Source of the DNA: an uncultured archaeon
Lineage (GTDB): Archaea; Thermoproteota; Bathyarchaeia; Bathyarchaeales; Bathycorpusculaceae
Assembly (NCBI GenBank): GCA_963810275.1
Contig: CAWENF010000008.1
Span: 1-12,181, forward strand
Length of the DNA: 12,181 nucleotides
Direction: 5' to 3'
Part shown: piece by piece, positions 1 to 6,695 of the stretch
How positions within the stretch are numbered: the first letter of the stretch is position 1
Layout: each line of letters begins with the position of its first letter
Notes under the pieces: model-generated
The model's input: only the letters and a program-made list of their open reading frames with translations
Databases searched by the model: none
Told to the model about the DNA's origin: nothing
Position numbers and translations under genes: made by a program

Positions 1-573
1 GCTGAACATCACTACGTTTAGAACATCGGCGTATTTGGCGAAATCATCAAAGTTGACGCCGTATCGCTCAAGCGAACTCACGGGGTCAGGCTGCAAACTC
101 AGCACCAACTCACCTTTCATAACATCACGGATTTGTTCGACATAATCTGATACAACTTTGCGTCGCCATTCAACCCAGCTCAACCCACTTTTCTGATAGA
201 GTTCTTGGCAGCGCTGACAGGTACAGTGTCCATGGTCAGCGAAATACTGGCTGTTTAGCCAGATGCCTTTTGATTGGCGGTCTACTTCGGCTATGTATTT
301 GAGTTGGTCTTCGCAGTATTCAGGTTGAGTGGGGCAAAGCACGCTCCAGTAGAGATTGTAGTTGTTGTTGCCAAACTTTGCCTGTCCAAGTGGGGATTGG
401 GAAATCCAGTCAGGGTGGGCTTGGCCGGTTTGTGTGTCGGCGAAGACTGCGATGTTGCTTGCCATGTCGGGTTTGGGGGTTAAGCGTAGTCCTGTTTCAG
501 GTTTTACGCGGTAAATGTGGATGTCAAATCCTTTTGGTTTTTGAGGTTGGAAGGTCAGGGAACCGAATTTCAT
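1..573 (-). CDS. Putative glycoside-hydrolase-like (GHL10/GHL6-like) protein with a CxCxxC motif; runs off the window at its 3' end
   Basis: Not in the ORF track; translated by hand. ATG at 573, open for 191 codons to the edge: MKFGSLTFQPQKPKGFDIHIYRVKPETG...AHPDWISQSP...YWSVLCPTQPEY...GIWLNSQYFADHGHCTCQRCQELY...WVEWRRKVVSDYVEQIR...YGVNFDDFAKYADVLNVVMFS. The HPDW, CP, CxCxxC and WxxWR motif order is typical of GHL10/GH42-like barrels. The ORF is solid; the family is inferred. Confidence 0.75.
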   Translation of the reverse strand, partial: MKFGSLTFQPQKPKGFDIHIYRVKPETGLRLTPKPDMASNIAVFADTQTGQAHPDWISQSPLGQAKFGNNNYNLYWSVLCPTQPEYCEDQLKYIAEVDRQSKGIWLNSQYFADHGHCTCQRCQELYQKSGLSWVEWRRKVVSDYVEQIRDVMKGELVLSLQPDPVSSLERYGVNFDDFAKYADVLNVVMFS

Positions 574-609
574 GTTGTTCGCCTATGGAGGGCAAAGAAG
601 CGCCTGAGT

Positions 610-626
610 TGTTATAAGTTTTTTGT
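610..626 (-). promoter_or_regulatory. BRE/TATA-like promoter for the 573-start gene
   Basis: The minus strand reads CAAAAAACTTATAAC (purine-rich run, then CTTATAA) about 40 nt upstream of ATG 573. Confidence 0.45.
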
Positions 627-870
627 GGCGGAGGCGGTTTTGGTTGGGTGCTTGGGTTTTTGCTGAAAATGTAGCGAAAACTTTTAACAAGTGGTTGTTT
701 TGAAGTTTTAAGCTGTTCAATTGGGTAGTTTTAACTACAGTAGCGTTATATTTGTGCAAATGAAACAACAGCAACTTCACAATCGTATAGCGAGAACGAC
801 TACAGACCCCCATGAATCCCCGCATACGTGTTTACCGACCCACGATAGAGTGGTTGCAGAAATGGTGTAT

Positions 871-1338
871 ATGAGAAAAAAACTTAGCCAAAGAATTCAA
901 ATCGATGTGATGGATATACAAATTCTAAAAATGCTCCAAGTAGACTCCCATCTGAGCTACCGCAGACTAGCTGGCAAGATGAGGATCTCAGGCGTTATGG
1001 CGTCTGCCCGAATTAAAAACTTGGACCGGGGGCTGCTTAAGGGGTACACTGCGTTGCTAGATCCCGTTAAACTTGGGTATGATTTGACTGCTGTTATTTT
1101 CATTCAAATTGAGGGTGACTACCTGAGAAATTTAGCTAATGAGCTTTCTCAGATGCCTAACGTAATTGCGGTTTACGAAATTACTGGCGAGTTTGATGTT
1201 GTTGCAGTGGTGAAGCTAAAAGACCGTGAGAGCCTTAATGCTTTGATTAAGGATTTGTTGGTGACGCCGCACATCAAAAAGACTATGACTAATATTACTT
1301 TGGGTGTTGTTAAGGAAGATTTTAAGATGCTTATTTAG
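871..1338 (+). CDS. Lrp/AsnC family transcriptional regulator
   Basis: N-terminal HTH (IDVMDIQILKMLQVDSHLSYRRLA...ARIKNL), linker KGYTALLDPVKLGY, and RAM domain (VIAVYEITGEFDVVAVVK). ATG 871 follows a GGTG RBS. In-frame ATGs at 862 and 760 are alternative starts; the TTG 721 start is unlikely. Confidence 0.95.
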   Translation: MRKKLSQRIQIDVMDIQILKMLQVDSHLSYRRLAGKMRISGVMASARIKNLDRGLLKGYTALLDPVKLGYDLTAVIFIQIEGDYLRNLANELSQMPNVIAVYEITGEFDVVAVVKLKDRESLNALIKDLLVTPHIKKTMTNITLGVVKEDFKMLI

Positions 1339-1436
1339 CGGACATTTTTGTTTTTTGGACACATGTGTGTGTAATTTTACTTTATCATTAAATTCATCCA
1401 TAAAATTTAGATATTTCTGTATGTTATTCTATGTTT

Positions 1437-1491
1437 TTCATAAAAGTTATGAACACATCACAACTACCCTTATATTGGCTATAGCCCAACC
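1437..1491 (+). promoter_or_regulatory. amt1 promoter: palindromic operator candidate plus TATA box
   Basis: TTCATAA-AAG-TTATGAA (1437-1453) overlaps GTTATGA-N5-TCACAAC (1446-1464), followed by TTATATT (1470-1476). This block is 43/55 nt identical, without gaps, to 3152-3206. Confidence 0.7.
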
Positions 1492-1517
1492 GTTTCGTAA
1501 AAATGGTGAATTAACAG

Positions 1518-3032
1518 ATGAAAAAACCAGAAATATTAACAAAAGCAGCAACACTCACAGAAAAAGCAATCGAAAAACACAACAAAATCTTCATGAAACG
1601 CAAATTCTACATGCTTGCAGGTATCCTTGTCGTATGCTTAGCTCTAAGCGTTGGCCAAGCCTTTGCACAAGAAGCTGATCCATTAGCAGCCATAGGCACA
1701 GGCATAAGCATTGCTTGGACGTTAACTATGGGTTGTCTTGTGTGGTTTATGCAGCTTGGCTTTGCCTTCCTAGGAGCCGGTTATATTCGGCATAAAAACC
1801 ACGTAAACTACTGGACAAAAAGCTACATTGACTTAACCGTTGGTGTAATTGTCTTTGCATTAATCGGCTTTGGCTTAATGTTTGGCGGCTCAGGTGCATC
1901 CTTCCCCACGGGATTCGACGCAGCAGGCGAAGCAATCTGGACTACACTTCCAGGGCTAGACGCTGGAAACGCGATTATTGGCTGGAGTGGCTTCGGGCTG
2001 ATGGGTGACGCTTACAATGGACTTACATTAGTGTACTTCTTCTGGCAGGCAGTCTTCGCAGCTACTTCAGTGACCATCGTCGCAGGAATGGTTGCAGAAC
2101 GCATGAAGTTCAAGGCCTACCTGCTCTATACTGTGCTGATTAACATACTCATCTACCCAATCTACGGTCACTGGGTATGGGGTGGCGGCTGGCTATCACA
2201 ATTGGGTGCAGTCGACTTCGCAGGTTCAGGTGTTGTCCACGCTGTCGGTGGCTTTACAGGTTTGGCGGCTTGTTGGCTCATTGGACCTCGGCTTGGAAAA
2301 TATACTAAAGACGGCAAGGTACGCAGCTTTGGCTACACTAATGTTCCATACATTGTCATCGGTACAATGATTCTGTTCTTCGGTTGGTTCGGCTTTAACC
2401 CAGGTAGCACACTAACAACGCTAGACATACGTACGCCCATCGTAGCAGTAACCACGTATCTTGCAGGCGCCTCAGGTGGTATCATCGCAGTCGCAATCAG
2501 CTACTTCGACCGCAAACACTTTACAGGTCCAGACATTCAGGCTGTATGCGCTGGTGCATTAGCAGGCTTGGTCGCTATTACAGCATCATGTGCCTACGTT
2601 TCACCTATGACAGCAGTCGTCATCGGCTTAATCGCAGCTCCACTGGCAATTTACGGAAACCTATTCATTGAACGCAAACTCAAAATTGACGATCCAGTCG
2701 GCGCATTCGGTATTCACGGCATCGGTGGCATCTTTGGTCTGCTTACGGTTGGCTTATTCGCTGATGGTACATACGGTATATCAGGTGTCATCTTTAACGG
2801 TGCAGCAGGCGTAGACCAGTTAGTTGCGCAGATAATCAGTGCAGCAGTTTGCGCTGGCTTTGCTTTCGGCATGGCCTTGGTGATCTTTGGTATAATCAAG
2901 TACACCATCGGTCTAAGAGCTTCAGTCAAAGAAGAAATCGAAGGCTTGGACATAACTGAGCACGGTTTCAAGGCGTACCCAGAAATCGAAATGAAGCCTG
3001 AAGCAAAAGAGTGGGTTACTCCCGAATCGTAG
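1518..3032 (+). CDS. amt: Ammonium transporter, Amt1-type, with N-terminal signal-peptide-like extension
   Basis: Motifs FMQLGF...R-KN, MVAERMKF, YPIYGHWVWGGGWL, DFAGSGVVH (His1), GWFGFNPGS, DDPVGAFGIHG (His2) and EGLDITEHG. GGTGA RBS before ATG 1518; alternative ATG at 1593. Confidence 0.97.
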   Translation: MKKPEILTKAATLTEKAIEKHNKIFMKRKFYMLAGILVVCLALSVGQAFAQEADPLAAIGTGISIAWTLTMGCLVWFMQLGFAFLGAGYIRHKNHVNYWTKSYIDLTVGVIVFALIGFGLMFGGSGASFPTGFDAAGEAIWTTLPGLDAGNAIIGWSGFGLMGDAYNGLTLVYFFWQAVFAATSVTIVAGMVAERMKFKAYLLYTVLINILIYPIYGHWVWGGGWLSQLGAVDFAGSGVVHAVGGFTGLAACWLIGPRLGKYTKDGKVRSFGYTNVPYIVIGTMILFFGWFGFNPGSTLTTLDIRTPIVAVTTYLAGASGGIIAVAISYFDRKHFTGPDIQAVCAGALAGLVAITASCAYVSPMTAVVIGLIAAPLAIYGNLFIERKLKIDDPVGAFGIHGIGGIFGLLTVGLFADGTYGISGVIFNGAAGVDQLVAQIISAAVCAGFAFGMALVIFGIIKYTIGLRASVKEEIEGLDITEHGFKAYPEIEMKPEAKEWVTPES

Positions 3033-3061
3033 TAGAAAAAAATCGGGTAAAACCCCCAAAT

Positions 3062-3080
3062 CTTCCTTTTTTTATTTTTG
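3062..3080 (+). terminator. Archaeal T-tract terminator after amt1
   Basis: CTTCCTTTTTTTATTTTTG about 30 nt after the TAG TAG double stop. Confidence 0.55.
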
Positions 3081-3151
3081 TAATGTTTTAAATGAAACGT
3101 GTTGTACAATCGTTTAGTTTATGTATATTTTATTGAATGCTTATCCACAAA

Positions 3152-3206
3152 TTCTTAATTGTTATGAACAAATCATAACCACCTTTATATTCAATATAGC
3201 TCATCC
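3152..3206 (+). promoter_or_regulatory. Permease promoter: perfect palindrome plus TATA box
   Basis: GTTATGA-ACAAA-TCATAAC (3161-3179), then TTTATATT (3184-3191). Same spacing as the amt1 promoter. Confidence 0.7.
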
Positions 3207-3235
3207 AGAAACAAAACATCAAGGGTTGAATAACA

Positions 3236-4489
3236 CTGCAAATCGACGCACAAATACTAATCCTGCCAATCTTCATAGCATGTTACGCTTTGGCACTAAG
3301 CCGCAAAGTCAAACTAGCGTACGCGTCAGTAGGTTCCCTTATTGCCTTAATCCTGATTGGCATTATATCTTGGCAGGACACAATATTTGTCGCTATACAA
3401 TGGGACGTGCTCGCAGTCATCTGGGGCTTCATGATGGTCTCATTTATCTTTTCAGAGAGCAAGATGCCCGAACTCATCGCAAACAAAATCTTAACCCACA
3501 TCAAAGTAGAAAAATACGCGCTACTCGCAATCTGCTCGGTTGCCGCTTTCCTGTCGGCTTTCATGGCAAACGTTGCCGTTCTTTTCTTGATGGCACCTGT
3601 AGCGATTCAGATGGCACGCAAACTCGGGTCCCCTCTGTTTCCTTACATAGTCTCTGTGGGTGTCTGTTCCAACATGGTCACAACAACAACAATGATTGCT
3701 GACCCTCCAGCACTTATCTTAGCTATCCAAACTGGCTTGACCCCGCTGGACTTCTACTGGTTCCAAAGCCGACTTGGCCTAGGCGCAATCACAGCCGTGG
3801 GGGTCATTGCAGCCTTGTTAACCTTGCTTATTATGTTCCGTAAAATGAACAAACGTATCGACATTGAACCCGAAAAAATCAAAGTCTCCAAAATCCCAAG
3901 CGTTCTTTTCGTTGTTGGTGTAGTTGCATTAGCATTAGCTCCTGAACTAGGTATAAACTTGGGCATAATAGGCATAGCAGTCGGGTTAGCAGCCATATTA
4001 ATCGGGTACAAAGACGCCAAACGAATGATTATCGAATTCGACTGGAACTCCCTGATATTCCTAGCCGGTATTTTTGGCGTAATCTATGCCCTGACAGCGT
4101 CGGGTTTGCTGACTTCGTTTTCTCAAGCCATCGTAGACATGGGCGTAAGCAACCCCTCAATCTTACTATTGTTCCTAGTCTGGCTATCGGTGGGCTTGTC
4201 ATCATTTATTGATCCTAACGCCTACACGGTACTGATGATTCCAGTTGGCCAGCAACTGGCCGGTTTCGCTAACATGAGCGCTTGGCCCTTGCTGTTCGGT
4301 ACTCTGATTGGCACTGGTAGCGGAGCTAACATCCTGCCCATGGGCGCAGCAACCAACGTGTTCGCTTGTGGCTTGCTGGAGAAGAACAACTGCTTAGTTA
4401 GCACCAAAGAATACATCAAAATCGGTTTGCCCCTTTCCGTAGTTGCTGTAGCTGTAGCTAACATATTGCTGTGGCTGTTCTGGATATGA
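3236..4489 (+). CDS. ArsB/NhaD/SLC13 (IT superfamily, CitMHS-like) membrane permease
   Basis: Multi-TM protein with family motifs LSAFMANV, TMIADPP, FDWNSLIFLAGIF, LSSFID, GANILPMGAATNV and EYIKIGLP. The frame stays open upstream of TTG 3290 back to a TGA at 3227, adding QIDAQILILPIFIACYAL, the expected first TM. CTG 3236 lies 6 nt after GGGTTGA. Confidence 0.88.
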   Translation: MQIDAQILILPIFIACYALALSRKVKLAYASVGSLIALILIGIISWQDTIFVAIQWDVLAVIWGFMMVSFIFSESKMPELIANKILTHIKVEKYALLAICSVAAFLSAFMANVAVLFLMAPVAIQMARKLGSPLFPYIVSVGVCSNMVTTTTMIADPPALILAIQTGLTPLDFYWFQSRLGLGAITAVGVIAALLTLLIMFRKMNKRIDIEPEKIKVSKIPSVLFVVGVVALALAPELGINLGIIGIAVGLAAILIGYKDAKRMIIEFDWNSLIFLAGIFGVIYALTASGLLTSFSQAIVDMGVSNPSILLLFLVWLSVGLSSFIDPNAYTVLMIPVGQQLAGFANMSAWPLLFGTLIGTGSGANILPMGAATNVFACGLLEKNNCLVSTKEYIKIGLPLSVVAVAVANILLWLFWI

Positions 4490-4538
4490 TACGGAGTGAA
4501 AATAATTAAACAACTTAAACTAAGAGGTGTATGTAGGA

Positions 4539-4838
4539 ATGTCTGAAATGAGAGGCAAGAAAGGCAAAAACTTTAAGGAATTCATAGAAGATGAAAAAAA
4601 CAAAGGCAAAACCTTCAAGGCCATGATGCGCGCCATAACCAGCTTAAACACCGAAGTAATTTACGCCTGTTTATTCCTAGCACCGTTCATTGTCCTATCC
4701 TTTGTCATATACTTTGCGTTGACGCCTAGTGTGTTTGTTTGGGCGGGGATTTTAGTGGTTGTAGCCTTAGTGAGTTCTGTTTTTGCCTCTCGAATTACTT
4801 CCATGCTTAAAAACAGCCAGTGGAAATACAAAGCTTAA
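4539..4838 (+). CDS. Small hypothetical membrane protein (99 aa, charged N-terminal segment plus two TM helices)
   Basis: GAGGTG RBS at 4524-4529 before ATG 4539. Lys/Glu-rich N-terminus, then hydrophobic VIYACLFLAPFIVLSFVIYFAL and VFVWAGILVVVALVSSVFA. Starts 49 nt after the permease stop and is followed by a T-tract. Confidence 0.8.
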   Translation: MSEMRGKKGKNFKEFIEDEKNKGKTFKAMMRAITSLNTEVIYACLFLAPFIVLSFVIYFALTPSVFVWAGILVVVALVSSVFASRITSMLKNSQWKYKA

Positions 4839-4864
4839 CTTTTTTGTTATTTATTTTTAATTTT
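4839..4864 (+). terminator. T-tract terminator
   Basis: CTTTTTTGTTATTTATTTTTAATTTT directly after TAA 4838. Confidence 0.55.
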
Positions 4865-5012
4865 ATCTAGCGATAGCTGGGTGCGCGGCTACGGGCTGTT
4901 TTGATTATTGTTTATTTGCACTGTTTTTGTGGCTTTTTTTGAATGACTTTCAAGTTTTATGGTTTTAACCCCGATTCTGATTGAGCATATGCTTAAATAT
5001 TTGGAGATTTTT

Positions 5013-5068
5013 GAGACATTCATCTATTAATACACGTCAATTGTTTTCAAACGGATACTTTTAAATAT
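5013..5068 (+). promoter_or_regulatory. amtB-1 promoter: imperfect palindrome plus TATA box
   Basis: GAGAC-ATTC-ATCTA (5013-5026) starts 47 nt before TTTAAATA (5060-5067), which is preceded by GGATA. Colinear with 6594-6648. Confidence 0.55.
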
Positions 5069-5133
5069 GGCGCAGGGCTAATTGTGCAGACAACAGATAA
5101 ATATCTAAACAACTGTCAAGAGGAAAAAAGAAT

Positions 5134-6435
5134 TTGGCATCAGGAGACATAGCTTGGGTAATAGTAGCAACCGCAATGGTCATGTTAATGACCCCCGCAT
5201 TAGGCTTTTTCTATGGAGGCCTTGTCCGGAAAAAGAACCTTCTTTCAACAATAGTGCAGTGCTTTATCATATTTGCTATTATTAGCTTAGTCTGGGCTCT
5301 TTGGGGCTACAGCCTTGTATTCGGCCAATCCTTCGGAGGAATAATCGGGTTCAGCCCAGACTTGCTTGGAATGGGCAACTTAAGCATAACTCACTATAAC
5401 CAAACTTTAGCGCCTGACATACCTGAACTACTCTTCTTTGCGTTTCAGCTAAAGTTCGCCGCAATCACCCCCGCACTAATTATCGGTGCTTGCGCAGAAC
5501 GTATACGCTTCAAATCACTGCTAATCTTTATGGTACTCTGGTCTACAGTCATCTATATGCCCATTGCACACTGGGTCTGGAACCCAGACGGCTGGCTCAA
5601 AGGAATCGGCGCCATCGACTTCGCAGGAGGCATCGTAGTTCACGTTGCCGCAGGAATATCTGCATTGGCAGCCGCATTGGTTGTCGGCAGACGCAAAGGC
5701 GAATCCTGCCCCATCCCCAAAGAAGGCGAGGGTGGAGAAATCCCTTGGAAAGGCTATATGAAAAAACTTGACTCAACACCCCCACCAGCATTCAAACCAA
5801 CTAACATTCCATACGTCTTGCTGGGCGCAGCGTTGCTGTGGTTTGGCTGGTTTGGCTTCAATGCAGGCAGTGCCTTAGCAGCAAACGACATTGCAGTTTC
5901 AGCGCTTGTAACCACCAACTTGGCGGCGGCTGGCGCAGCAGTCAGCTGGATGCTTTCAGACTGGGTTATCAAAGGCAAACCCTCAGCAGTAGGCATTGCA
6001 ATTGGTGCAGTCGTTGGCTTAGTCGCTATCACACCAGCAGCGGGTTATGTTAGTGTTCCGGCAGCTATGGTAATCGGGTTAGCCGCAGGCGTTATCTCAA
6101 ACTTAGTTGCAAACTGGAGAGCTGGCCGAAGCAGAATCGACGACAGCTTGGACGTTTTCGCATGCCACGGAGTCGGCGGCTTGTGGGGTTCCATTGCCAC
6201 AGGTATCTTTGCGTCGGCGGCTATCGGAGGCGTTAACGGCTTAATCTTCGGTAACGTAGGCCAGTTCATCGCGCAACTGGAAGCGGTCGCTGTTGTGGTG
6301 CCGTTTGCGTTCGTCGGCTCCTATGTGTTGCTGAAGATTGTGAACGTGTTTTCACCGTTGCGTGTCAGCGAAAAAGCTGAAGATGCTGGCTTAGACTTAA
6401 GCGAGCACGGCGAAGAAGCTTACCAGCTAGATTAA
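5134..6435 (+). CDS. amtB: Ammonium transporter, AmtB-type (copy 1)
   Basis: Motifs MLMTPALGFFYGGLVRKKN, AERIRF, AHWVW, DFAGGIVVH, GWFGFNAGS, GLVAITPAAG, DDSLDVFACHG and GLDLSEHGEEAY. TTG start after GAGG. Confidence 0.97.
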   Translation: MASGDIAWVIVATAMVMLMTPALGFFYGGLVRKKNLLSTIVQCFIIFAIISLVWALWGYSLVFGQSFGGIIGFSPDLLGMGNLSITHYNQTLAPDIPELLFFAFQLKFAAITPALIIGACAERIRFKSLLIFMVLWSTVIYMPIAHWVWNPDGWLKGIGAIDFAGGIVVHVAAGISALAAALVVGRRKGESCPIPKEGEGGEIPWKGYMKKLDSTPPPAFKPTNIPYVLLGAALLWFGWFGFNAGSALAANDIAVSALVTTNLAAAGAAVSWMLSDWVIKGKPSAVGIAIGAVVGLVAITPAAGYVSVPAAMVIGLAAGVISNLVANWRAGRSRIDDSLDVFACHGVGGLWGSIATGIFASAAIGGVNGLIFGNVGQFIAQLEAVAVVVPFAFVGSYVLLKIVNVFSPLRVSEKAEDAGLDLSEHGEEAYQLD

Positions 6436-6467
6436 GCTGGCTAAATTCTTCTAACCCCTTTTTTATT
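6423..6467 (+). terminator. Hairpin over the stop codon plus T-tract after amtB-1
   Basis: CCAGCT-AGATTA-AGCTGG (6423-6440), followed by CCCCTTTTTTATT. Confidence 0.45.
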
Positions 6468-6593
6468 AAATGGTCTTTTGCTGTTTTGTATTGGTCACAT
6501 GTGTTTTTTAAAGTAGATTTTTGGACGTTTTTGCATTTATAGCTTTTAAACCTATTGTTTGTTGTGTTATCGTGTTGAATGTTTTTAATCTGA

Positions 6594-6648
6594 TAGACGT
6601 TTGTCTAAATTTAATTTTTTAAACGTTGCATATGGATAGTTTAAATAT
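6594..6648 (+). promoter_or_regulatory. amtB-2 promoter: perfect palindrome plus TATA box
   Basis: TAGAC-GTTT-GTCTA (6594-6607) starts 46 nt before TTTAAATA (6640-6647), which is preceded by GGATA. Confidence 0.55.
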
Positions 6649-6695
6649 CTGTTTTAACAGAAAAAAAGAACAATCGACAGCTAAAAGGGGAAACA

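Noticed and set aside
274-825. Track ORFs 274..483 (+), 378..617 (+) and 583..825 (-)
   Set aside because: Antisense to the real minus-strand gene or spanning the promoter region; no motifs.
1304-1678. 124-aa ORF bridging lrp and amt1
   Set aside because: Crosses the promoter and overlaps amt1 out of frame; no recognisable motifs.
3030-3035. TAG stop read-through (pyrrolysine) at amt1
   Set aside because: TAG TAG falls after a complete Amt C-terminus and is followed by a T-tract.
3121-3702. 193-aa ORF overlapping the permease
   Set aside because: Starts upstream of the TATA box and is an alternative frame of a well-supported gene.
4527-4838. Small ORF as GlnK/PII
   Set aside because: Similar size but has two hydrophobic helices and no T-loop or GDGKIF motif.
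1339-6695. NrpR operator (GGAA-N6-TTCC) upstream of the amt or permease genes
   Set aside because: Checked all four upstream spacers by eye; the only GGAA occurrences are in RBS regions with no matching TTCC.
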